Source: Psilocybe cubensis
Lineage: Eukaryota
Reading direction: 5' to 3'
Length of the DNA stretch: 64,000 nucleotides
NCBI GenBank assembly: GCA_017499595.2
Contig: CM039007.1
Location: forward strand, 558,001-622,000
The notes beneath the pieces were generated by a model, which was given only the letters and a program-made list of their open reading frames with translations, had not been told where the DNA came from and did no database searches. Both the position numbers and the translations under genes were made by a program. This document shows positions 50,755 to 62,183 of the stretch, one piece after another (the first letter of the stretch is position 1; the number at the start of each line of letters is the position of its first letter).

Positions 50755-50901
50755 CTAGGCGATTACACAAAACCATGTTGGTCCACCTCCACTGGCTTTT
50801 ATTCGGACCTCGTAGTCTGCAAAAGCCTGCCCCTCTTCCTCATGATTGGTTGAGAATTGGGGGGATATATCAGAGGGTGAAAAGGAGGTGAATGTATCCA
50901 T
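50755..50901 (-). CDS. Lipopeptide pheromone precursor (48 aa, CVIA)
   Basis: MDTFTSFSPSDISPQFSTNHEEEGQAFADYEVRIKASGGGPTWFCVIA*. Confidence 0.92.
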   Translation of the reverse strand: MDTFTSFSPSDISPQFSTNHEEEGQAFADYEVRIKASGGGPTWFCVIA

Positions 50902-52429
50902 GTTGGAGATTTCGTAGATGTTCGTATTTATTTGGATGTAAAGTTGTGGGTATATTGAGTTTGTGAAGTAAAACAACACCACTTTATGAAGTCCATGAGT
51001 ACAATTACTGCTTTTTAATCTGATTTGCTGAGCTATTATAATTGTCCTGTCGTTGCGCAATCGAACCCGATGCACTGTTTCCAAGCTTGTGTTGGACTAT
51101 TGTAATGAGTAGTTCATTATATTTGAGGCCATAGTTTTATTATCGTCGCTTTTCCAAAGTAAGAAATGACCACAGCTATCTAATTGAGCAGAGATTCTCA
51201 GTAGTAGGCCCGTGCAAGGTCCAAGCGAGATGCACCAGGATTACATATGAGCTTTCCTAACACGGATGAATCCTGGGATTTATTCAAGCTTTAATAACAT
51301 TCCGACTAGGTAAGTTTAATGCCATAAACAGAACATAATCCGATCGCAAACGGACGCGCCAAGTACGCGCCGCAGGCTATTTGCTTCATCACGTGGTGGG
51401 AATTTCAGTTTCCTCACAACTTCACCTTTATCCATTGAACGTTCTTCAACGTCCAACGATCGATCAACGCATGAATCTTTTTCAGCATTTGCAGCTTTAG
51501 CTTGGATCAAATTTACCATGATGTTTATGAGCTTTACGAGCGCTCTCGCCTGGTATTATCATCTGTTAAATATAAATATCTACGAATGTCGCCGTCAAAT
51601 TGATCACTAAGTTGTCTTCAACTCTCGCAACACTGACTATCATTCGCGAGTTACAATTATTCAAGAAAGTGTTGCCCTTATAGAAAAGGTTCCTGGATAA
51701 TTGGATATCTTCACGCTGGGGTACGACAGAAATAAATGATTCCAGATCAATTTCATAAAGTTGTGTTACAGGTGTTATATACACTACTGTACATAAAATT
51801 CTGTGGGTAATGAGGTATCAATGTGTTGGAGATTGCTAATGATATAAGTCTGGTATGATGATAGAAGACGAATGAAAAAGATGAAAGAAACTGAGAGGAT
51901 GTACGAAATGAGCGAAGTTGAGTGTGTTGGATGAAGGGACGCTAGTTGAATATAAAGCGATGCAGAAAGATAATGCGTTACTGATAGCTTGGTGAGAACA
52001 GACGTTTTATAACGCCTGGTAGGCTCGGCATCGCGTGTAAATGAGTGTAGAAGTCGTCCGCGTGAGAAGGGCAGAAGATGATGGATGATATGTTGCGCAG
52101 AGAGGAATGGCCGATGTCGTTGGTAAATGAACTTGGGAGAGGACATTTGACTGAGGGCGAATGATGGTGACAGGCGCAATGAGATGTGTGGAAGATAGAG
52201 AGTAGCGGTTGAGGGGAGGAAAGGTCGGAATGTGTAGACAGAGGGAGGGAGGGGAGTATGCGAGCTAATGCCAGCAAATAACTGAGTGATAAATACGAGC
52301 AAAACCACCGGTTCTAGAAACGATCGGATGGAACATTATGAGCCCATAATCTTAGAGGAAATAAACACTGAAACTCACGAGAGGAAGGGAGGTATCGCAG
52401 GCAAAGGCGACCTTGCCTTGGTAGACGAC

Positions 52430-52624
52430 TTAGGCAATGACGCAGAATCCAGCAAAGCCAACACGAGTGTCAGAGTTCACTAGATCTTCCATGCAGTCAT
52501 CAGGCTCAGCTCTTGCATCTGAGTCTAAGAAGGATGGGCGGGACACCGACGCAGAGTCGTTCTGGTCTTGATGACCGGCGCCGGTCTCAAGAAACTCGAA
52601 AGTGAAGTTTGTGAATGAGTCCAT
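52430..52624 (-). CDS. Lipopeptide pheromone precursor (64 aa, CVIA)
   Basis: MDSFTNF...EDLVNSDTRVGFAGFCVIA*. Confidence 0.92.
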   Translation of the reverse strand: MDSFTNFTFEFLETGAGHQDQNDSASVSRPSFLDSDARAEPDDCMEDLVNSDTRVGFAGFCVIA

Positions 52625-54348
52625 TGTAGAGGGTAGTATAAAGGATGTAGCTTGATAACGAAGAGTGTGAGGTATCTCTGGGAGGAGAAGGCAAAGGTAG
52701 TTCAGAAGAACGGAGAGGTAAAGTGCAGCGATTCTTCGTTACGGAAATGTCCCCTGAACTTTTACTTTTAACAAGTTGACCGTGGGAGTTCCCATTGATG
52801 GATAAATTTGGATAACAATCTTGGAACAATCAGCATTGTAATTAGGTTTGTTCTTCTGACTCGATTATGTTACCAAGATAATACATATCGGTCCACTCCC
52901 CGTTTCAGATTTATGGAGGCATACGTTCACCCTTGCAAAGCATTCCTCGGGATTGTAGATTCTGAAGCCGGCTATGTTGGTCCACCAAGGACGGTCGGCT
53001 AACGGTCGGTCATCCTATAAAGCACCCGCTCATATATACATTCAATACATTTTTAAGGTTTGGGGTACTGGTACCCCTTTCTGTAGTTCTTTCTTTTTTT
53101 CAGACGCATAGCTTCCATTATACAGAATCCCCTGATTTCAATTTTTTTTCAGGAGGTTGAAAAGATTTATATCAGCGAGTTGATATCGGACACAATCGAT
53201 TGGGAGGATGCACATAAATACGACCAAATACGAAATATTAAGAACATTTTGTAAGTCACAAATGTCACAATGTCAACACGAATGGGGCGCCACGGGGGTG
53301 CAATAGCTGTAAAATGGGGGGTCGGTGCACCCCGTGCAAAGGGGGTGCAAATTGAAATGGGGTGTGTAAATAAATGCAAATGAGGCCACACAGTCACATT
53401 TGGATTCTGTGGCTGACATTCTGTTTCGGTCGGACTTCTCCATTTGTCAGACAATGGGGCACCAACAACAGAGAGGTTTCCAAAGTCCCAATTCCGAAAA
53501 AAAAAAAACACAGAGTCTGCGTTCGGATCCAATTATCTGCCTCTGAAATTTCGACTTGATTCTGGACGCCTGTAGAATGAGTCACAAAACTGAACTGAGT
53601 TTCGGATAGCTTCGTCAGCACAGTTTATCCATTTCCGAATGAAATGGAAGAGAACAACAGTTCAGCGCAGCCATTTGAAAGAAGACTTTCTGTAAATTAT
53701 GTGCCAAGAACTCTGATCGAGCAGGTGGTGCACCGCCATATGTGCCCCTTTCCCGTCGAACATACGATAACGTATACATCGAGTCTGGAAGCAGCTACCT
53801 AGCACTGCAGAAGACAGCCTCGTCACCCGACAAAATCGCCTCTTCGACGACTTGGATTGAATTATCGAAAGTTTTAATCACGTAGTACATCATGTAGACT
53901 TGAACAAGGTAGATATTTGATTTATTGCACATGTAGCTATACATCTTTCAAGTTTGTAATATACATACAGTCCCTATTCGCGATTGTGAGAGGGAAGAAG
54001 ATGGATGATGGAGAAAAACGAAAGGAGTGTGATATGAGAACCATAAGGTTCGATACACTGGCGGACAGTCAGGTGCGACTCTACGTGGTGAAGATCGATA
54101 GAACTCACAGTTTGAGAACGAGCATAGCGATAGCAATAACTTAGAAGAATGAATGTGGAAGCCGAAGGAACAGAAGAAATCGACAAGGAATATCGGGTAA
54201 TGAAAGGAAAGTTGAAAGGATGATGGGTAATGCTGGGACGGCGGGATGCGCGAACGAAGGTGAACAGTGAGCCTAGTGCGTGCGTGGATGGTGTCAGAGA
54301 GATATTGAGATCAGATAATCGATGTCAGACTTACCTGTCGGCATCCTC

Positions 54349-54528
54349 CTAGGATACGACGCAGAAACCGCCAAAGGAGTATCCGGCCTGGCGGTCGGAA
54401 TCGTTGAGGAACGATAAGTCTTCTTCAGAAGAGGCCGTCTCAGAAGACGAAGCTGGGTGATAGGCAGAAGCTCTCTCTTCGCCGGTTGAGGGAGCGAGGA
54501 GGGCAAGGAAGTCGGAGAAGGTATCCAT
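54349..54528 (-). CDS. Lipopeptide pheromone precursor (59 aa, CVVS)
   Basis: MDTFSDF...NDSDRQAGYSFGGFCVVS*, with a DR processing site. Confidence 0.93.
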   Translation of the reverse strand: MDTFSDFLALLAPSTGEERASAYHPASSSETASSEEDLSFLNDSDRQAGYSFGGFCVVS

Positions 54529-55233
54529 TGATTGCTGAGTTGCAGTAGGTAAGGTTGTGTAGGTATGCGGTGAGATGCGCGCAATGGATAGGTCAAAGCC
54601 TGTACAACTGTGTGATGAAAGATTTCGCAGAGATGAGGGTTTCTGGTAAGCTGCTGAACACGGGGGTTGGTGCTTGTCTGGTATATATATACAGCGTGCG
54701 GACGGGAGCAATAGTTGAGTAGATGGCTTGCCTCCTTGTTCGGACAAAATATTTTCCCACAGAGAATGCACGACAAGTTATTATTAGTAATATATTATTT
54801 TCGGTATGCAATTTCCAATGGCTTCTGAACCGGTGTATAAGCCAAGCCATACTCAATGATATTAACCGGTTCTGACTCGACAAGAAGTGTCATAGCTTTT
54901 TACCAATAGACTTTTTTTTGCAGACCTGTACGACCTTCAGGTATCGTTCAAAACAGTTGGCACTATGTAGTTGTTGGTTATTCAATCTCCGCTTGATAGT
55001 GCATGCGCTTCGTTGGCCAAAGTTGACCATACGGATTACGTAACAAATGACAAAGCTTTGATTCTTCTCCTTGCCACGCTCACTGCTCATTGTGCATTGA
55101 TTCTCATTGTGCGCATTGTTCCCTCAGTGCTAGACCACAAAGATACGCGTCGGATATACAAAGAGAACCTCTCTCAGGAAAATGTCTCTCTTATTCATTC
55201 CGCCACTGCTTGCCCGCCTTCAGAGCCTCCTTC

Positions 55234-56690
55234 ATGGATCCAACTTACCCTCTGTTCCCTATATTCGCTTTCATTGGCTTTATACTCGTCCTCATACCTC
55301 TTCCATGGCATATTCGGGCGCTCAATGCGGGGACATGTCTCTTCATGATTTGGACCGCAATAGGTTGCCTTATCCAGTTCATCAACTCTATAGTTTGGCA
55401 CGGGAATTTTCGCGATTCAGCGCCGTTGTGGTGTGACATATGTACGCCAACTTACTCTCTCCACTCATTATCTATCCTCATCATTCATAATTAGCTACCC
55501 GCCTGACCGTCGGAATAGCTGTCGCTATACCTGCTTCATCTCTATGCATTAATCGACGCCTTTACAAAATTGCAACGTGTCGCGCCGCCCACATAACATT
55601 CGCTAGTGTAAGTCAGTACTCAGTGCGTCTGGATAAAAAACTAATAGCTTCGACTTTAATCAGAGGAAAAGGGCAATCCTAGTTGATCTGTCGATAGGCT
55701 TAGGCATCCCATTTTTACAAATGGCCCTCCGTGCGTAACTTGATAACCATTTTCTGTCGTCATTCTGAATCCATAATGCAGAGTTTATCGTGCAAGGACA
55801 TCGCTATGACCTCTACGAAGACATCGGTTGCCGCCCAACGACAGTGAACACTCCACCGGCATACCCTCTTTCGTATCTTTGGCCTAATGTGATCAGTCTG
55901 ATATCCGGTTTCTACTGTAGTGAGTACACACGTCGTACTCGGTCATTTGACAATCGAGTTCTTATGGTTTACTTAGTCCTCACCCTCCGCGCCTTCATGT
56001 CTCGACGAGCTCAATTTGGCCAACTGTTATCTTCGAGCTCTTCTCTCACTGTCAGCCATTATTTCCGACTGATGTGCTTGGCAACCACCGAAATATTGTT
56101 CACCATTCCACTCTCCTCTTACGGTGTCTACCTCAATGCCGTATCCACGCCTATATATCCCTGGAAAAGCTGGTCCGACACCCATTTCGATTGGTACATT
56201 TTGGACATCTATCCAGCTGCCCTTTGGCGTACCAGTCGAATCTTCACAATCACCGTCGAACTAAACCGATGGCTCCTGATTCTTTGTGCCTTTGTTTTCT
56301 TCGCCTTCTTTGGATTTGCGGACGAAGCTCTCAAAAATTACCGCAGCGTCTATTCCTCTATAGTAGACCGAGTTTGCCGACCGACTCCTTCAGACTCGAA
56401 GGCTAAAAAAAGGTTAATCAGATTCCCTTTCTCAAGCTGGCTTTTATACTAATGCGCCATCTTTTAGTATCCAAAATCTTGTTCTACCCCTCCAACATTC
56501 GTCAACTAGTTCCCCAACGTCCATAAAACGCGACTTTGAAATGTCCAGTACTAGGCGAAACTCTTTCCAATCTTCTACTACTACAAATTATACGGAGACC
56601 CTGCACGGTTCTCCAGATATTGCCGAAATCAAGTTTGACAAATTCGACATGCCTCTTTTCCCATCCCGTAGTTCTAGGATGACAGTTTAA
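55234..56690 (+). CDS. STE3-type pheromone receptor
   Basis: MDPTYPLFPIFAFIGFILVLIPLPWH..WCDI, VQGHRYDLYEDIGC, YFRLM, PWKSWSDTHF and FFAFFGFADEA. The last exon ends RMTV*. Confidence 0.95.
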
Positions 56691-57306
56691 CTTTGCTCCA
56701 AGTGTCTTTATTCGTTCTCTCAATTGTACCATCGTTTCTCTGCTGTGAATGTATAAATATATATATGCTATCACTGTCAATTTCGCTTTTTAGTAGTTTG
56801 GATGGATTCACTGTGAATCACATGAAGCACACTCTGTGCAGCTTTTCGAATGCTAACTAAAATCTTTCCTTGCCCTCAATTCAAGTTGTCAACTATGTAA
56901 CAATAATAGTGCATGTGGCGCATAACTTTCAGAGCGAAGTACATTAGATGTGACTTAGAAAGCATCATTCGGACATATAATGGACATATAGTTCATAACG
57001 TAGTAGAAATACACAAATAGAAGCGAAGTTATATAATTACTAGTAATGAACGATGGAAAGGATACAAATGTAAAGAACGCAGAATCGAGAAAAAAACCTG
57101 GGAGGAGTGAACAGTAACAGTTAAGTTTTGAGCGCAATATGTTGCCAAAAAATGAATACATACAAAATTCATCAAGTTGGAGCTATGACATGGTCATCAA
57201 CGCTTGCAACACTGGAATATACGTGTGGGGAGCTGTGTAAATTGAGGTAAGCAACAATTGGATATTACGAGCAATGGTCAGTAGACATACGAAGGTGTAG
57301 ATCGGT

Positions 57307-57477
57307 TCAGGAAATGACACAGAAATAGTTTGGGCTGCCTGATCGATTGCGTTCAGAGTCGACCAAGGCCTCCACCTCCTCTACAGACCCGGACTCGATG
57401 CCCATGTATATGATTGGAGGTGAAGATAGAAGAGTTTCAGGAGAGAGTTCAAAGTTGATGGTCGTGAAGTTATCCAT
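57307..57477 (-). CDS. Lipopeptide pheromone precursor (56 aa, CVIS)
   Basis: MDNFTTINFELSPETLLSSPPIIYMGIESGSVEEVEALVDSERNRSGSPNYFCVIS*, with an ER site. Below the ORF-track cutoff. Confidence 0.93.
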   Translation of the reverse strand: MDNFTTINFELSPETLLSSPPIIYMGIESGSVEEVEALVDSERNRSGSPNYFCVIS

Positions 57478-58171
57478 GGTGGTGGGTGGTATCGGTGAAG
57501 CAATGTGTTAAAGAGTTTGATTTCAACTGAGGTTTGGGTGATGGGGGTTGATTTCGACAGTCAAGGTCAATGTTATAAGACTTAGTACCGTGGGAGCACA
57601 ATCATATCGGGACAATGTCATTGTTCGAATCAGTGCCCCATTTGATATACTTATGTGACAAGTGACAATCTTGGATCGCGCAGCTCCAATTTGTCTAGAT
57701 GTAGAACTACTAGAAAGATCCAAGATCAATTTACTTGTGATTTATATCACCGACCCACGAGGTATATTCCAGACATTTTATTCCTAAGGATTTTTAAAAG
57801 TTTTACCACTGGCATGGCGGCAGAAAGTTCTCGGAAGAAATTTTGTATGGGATTTTTTTTACAGTATCATTTTGCGACTAACGACATTGTTGCCGCTGTA
57901 AATGCTTGAACTCAGCATTCACCTCAAATAAAGCGGAGTTTCAATTTTTATTTGCATTTGCCATTCACACACCTACGGTTCTCGTGTAGTTCAACTCCGC
58001 TTGTTCCCCTTTGTCCCTTCCTACGTCTTTGTTCTGTCCAAGCTGTAAAGTCGGGCGAATTTTACGCGATGAAAGAACTTCCTTTAATCTGGCTTACCTT
58101 GCACCCACACCTCTTATCACTTTCTCCGTGGTGAGGCTCTACACACATAATTGAGGTTCACAACTACAACG

Positions 58172-59716
58172 ATGCACACATCGCTTGACCCTACATACCC
58201 TCTGTTTTCGATTTTCTCTTTTGTAGGCTTCGTAGTCGCTCTGGTTCCCCTTCCATGGCACCTTCAAGCTTGGAACTCGGGCACATGTGCCTTCATGCTT
58301 TGGACCTCTCTCGCTTGCCTGACGGAGTTTATCAACAGTATCATCTGGTCGGGGAACATTGATGATAATTTACCTGTCTGGTGTGACATATGTGCGTACA
58401 TTCTAGTCTCACATAGATAAATGCGACTTAATTCCTCAATTAGCAACCAAATTCCTTCTTGGGGCTGGTGTCGGAATAACTGCATCCTCGTTATGCATTA
58501 GTCGTCGCTTGCACAACATTGCAACTACACAACGTACCACGATCTCACGCGCTGATGTTCGTATTCGAATCTTTTACCCTTTGGCATTCAGTACTTATTC
58601 TATGTCTCAGAAACGCCGTGCGATCACTATAGACTTGTTAATAGCTGTCGGAATTCCGGTTGTTGTAATGGCTTTACGTATGTATTTCTTCGTCGAAAAC
58701 CGAATCTCTGACCCACTTTCGATGCAGATTATATTGTACAACCCCATCGCTATGATATACTGGAGGATATTGGGTGCCAGCCTGCGATTTACAACACCCT
58801 TCCAGCCTATTTTCTCGTTTTTATGTGGCCTATTCTTTTGGGGATCATATCCTTTGTCTTTTCAGGTAGGCTTCAGAAACCCCTATTCGCTGTGCCATAA
58901 CTGAGCTGGCATGCAGCTCTCACTTTGCGCGCTTTCTGGATGCGCCGTCTCCAATTTTCTCAACTGATGACGTCCAATTCATCGCTCAGCGTCAGCCGGT
59001 ACATTCGGCTCATGATGCTTGCAATCATCGACATGATGCTCACTGTACCTTTGGGTATATTCAGTGTCGTCTTCGGGACGCAGGGTGTAGGCCTTGCCCC
59101 TTGGATATCTTGGGAAGATACACATTTCAATTTCTCGCATGTTGTGCAAGTCCCCGCCCAGTTCTGGAGAAGTGACCCTTCTTACCGAATCAGCGTCGAA
59201 CTTACAAGATGGCTGTTTGTTGGATCCGCTTTTATTTTCTTCGCACTTTTTGGGTTTACGGGCGAGGCCCAAAGGCAGTATAAATGCGCTTTCTGGAAAT
59301 TGGTGAAGCCTTTTGGTTTATCACCGTCTACGTCGAAAATCTCTCCAGCTATATCCTTACCCAGGTTAGTTTATCAATCGACTCCTCGTCTGCAACTCAA
59401 AGCTAATTCTTGTATATTCTTCAGTTGGAAGAAGGCCTCCGATTCCACAGGTAGCGGTGACGTCGAGAAATTCGCCTTCGAAGGAGATCATTCAAAATCT
59501 CCCAACAAAAATTTGACAGTTTTCACGATTTCATCATCAAATAATTCTACTCTTTGCGCTGATACCGACAGCAAAACGTGTACTGAGCTGAATCAGACTG
59601 GGTCTACCGTTCACGATGTTTACATCTATCCTCCCATATCGTCGTCCTATTCTACTTCTCCTTCCTCGTGTACGTCGACATCGCCTTCTGACCCTCAGTG
59701 GCCAATACATCATTAA
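58172..59716 (+). CDS. STE3-type pheromone receptor
   Basis: MHTSLDPTYPLFSIFSFVGF..PLPWHLQAWNSGTC..WCDI, RYIRLM, PWISWEDTHFNFS and FFALFGFTGEA. Confidence 0.95.
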
Positions 59717-60827
59717 ACGATTCATTATTTATCTTGCACGTACTGTTCAGAACAATGTGTACTCTAGTTGTAAATATAATTAGCATTTTCTGCAAAATCT
59801 TCTGAGGTGGATATTTGCGATTGTTGAGAACAACATTCTTCAAATATATTAGTCGGTCTGTCACGATGAAAAATTTAAAACTCTAAAGTATCTTGAAAAT
59901 ATCTTGACGGTTGACAATGACTCCAGTGCGAGGAACATGTACGTATATCCGAGTCCCCCGGCCAGGGGTATTCTGGTACGCAAAGGCTCCACTTTGTTCC
60001 TGGAAGAAAGGATGCTTCTTTTCGATCATCGAAATGACTGAGGCATAGCCAGCGAAGAAGGTGTTCTCTGAGGTACGGATGGAGCGCATAGCCGAATGAC
60101 TGAAACTGAGAGCCTCAGGGTCAGGGGGTCTCTCTCGCTTGCTTGGGGGTCATTTAGATTACTAATGCTATTTACGAATTTAGTAGGCAAACAATAGTAA
60201 ATATATCAAGCTCCCCAAATACAAATCAATCATTGTGAAAAAATGGATTTCTGCATTTCTTTCGCACGTTTGGAAAATTACAAGGGGCCAAGCCATATAT
60301 TTGAGTCACGCTGCTGCGCAAATAAAATATTCTATTCCGACTTCTCAGAATACTTGTACGTTATTCTATTTGCTCACATCATCGTTGTGGAGTACCGTTA
60401 ATGTTTGGGAAATGTTTCTACATTCCAGAAGATTATTTGCAACTCATAGGAGCCGTGAAGATTCTCCGGCAGATTCTCCGCATTCCGCATAAGGGGGTGA
60501 AGGACCGGCTGGAGTCTGGACCCAGCCATTGTGGTCGGGTTCCACCGGATTACAGTGCGACCGGCACGGGGATCTAGAAATGGCAAACGTAATCTGCTGA
60601 CAAGTTGTAAACCTTCTTTTTATTTGGGCTTGGGACATTGAAGAAGAATAATCGATTCTTATTGATGGACCATGTTGGCTAACAATGGACATAGTGTGCT
60701 TCTTTAAAAGCAAGCGCCATACCCCAGACTAGCTTTCATATCTTCTTGTGATACCTCCACCATCGCCTCTTTGTTCTTTGTCCTCCCTTGGGCCATAACC
60801 TTTTCCCTGCCTCTAAGCACTCACCAA

Positions 60828-61004
60828 ATGGATACATTCACACTCTCCATCGATCTATCATCTTCAGACGACGCCTCTGTTGCGTTTTCTGCAGGCAGCT
60901 CGTTCCACAAGGACTCCGTCGATGCCTCTTCAGATTCAACAGTTTTTGCTGACTCCGAGAGACCTGGCGCTGGAATCTTCACCGCTTTCTGCGTCATCGC
61001 TTGA
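60828..61004 (+). CDS. Lipopeptide pheromone precursor (58 aa, CVIA)
   Basis: MDTFTLS...VFADSERPGAGIFTAFCVIA*, with an ER site. Confidence 0.93.
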   Translation: MDTFTLSIDLSSSDDASVAFSAGSSFHKDSVDASSDSTVFADSERPGAGIFTAFCVIA

Positions 61005-62183
61005 GGTAACTACAGGTTCTATATCCCTCCCATTATTATCACTGATCTCTCTGCGCAGACGCATGCTACATCATCTCGCAGACTCTTGCAAGCAAGGAGT
61101 CGCGCATTTATATCATCAGTATGCACCGTTCCCTAGTTCGCCTGCTTCCACTAGCCTAACGGTTTGACGATAGTACTCAGCTCCCTCCCTTCCACATAAC
61201 ACACATCAAGCTTACTTGATTTCCCCCTCTCCTTCCACCCCACACATCATATGGGCATCTCTACGCCATCCACCTCATTCCAACCACGTCTTTCATTAAC
61301 GATTACGAAGCATCAACAACCGTCCTTTGTAGCGATATCTTTTTCTTCCTCTGAAGTTCACTTTCATTTAACGCAAACTCTTTTTCCGAATATTGTTATA
61401 AATTTCGATTCATCTCTGTTACTTTTGTAAATATGTATCAAGCAATGAATTCTTGTTTACATCGTCTTATCGAATCTAGACAAAAGTTTTACACAGTTCA
61501 AGGAGGTGAAACGAGTCCCGACGGAAGGGAAGGGATTCGTTAATGGTTCCCATAAAACGGTTCGAAATTTGTTCGAGAGCACCGCTGTCATTTACGTTGT
61601 GATATCAAAGTCTGAAGTCTGGAAGACTACTACTCTCGGGAATGGACTCTTTGATGCACTGAGCTCGATAATTCGACGATTACCATTGATGATAGCCATC
61701 TGAACAAGGTCTCCGGCAGTAGGCGAATATTCCTTCTCCGCTTGTACATATTGCATGACGTCAAGTTGCTTACAATGGAAGGACAATGGGCTGAAGGCAG
61801 AGTTGGACTCCTGAAGTGGGGGAGACAATCCATTGTGATGATCAGTACAGATTAGAGGGCTTCTAGGCATCGCAAATTTTCAGGGCTGTCTTACACAGAG
61901 AAATTTCTCTGAATTGTTCCTCGGTTTTTCGAGGTTGGTTCTCAAGCATTGTAGTCACGTGATAACAATGCCTTGGAACAATCGATTGAAGCCTTGATGG
62001 AGTTTGTCGAATCAACTTGTCCTCGCCTTGCATCACCACGATTGTGCTCATTGTTCAGAGGAAGAAAGCCTCGAATCATGAAAGATATCAATATAATGCC
62101 CGAGTCAGCAGAAACGCGACATCTTTTGTCCTCCGCTTCGCTTTCATCCCTTCGTTCCCGTCGTCCGACTCGCTGTCGTCGCA

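Noticed and set aside
51316-51519. 67-aa ORF ending FCLWH* in the pheromone cluster
   Set aside because: CLWH is an unlikely CaaX box and there is no MDxF start or Gly-rich mature peptide.
53795-53893. 32-aa minus-strand ORF ending VFCSAR*
   Set aside because: CSAR is a poor CaaX box and there is no ER/DR site or MDxF start.
60020-60089. FFAGYASVIS stretch resembling a pheromone tail
   Set aside because: No Cys and no stop at the CaaX position. Not enough to call a pseudogene.
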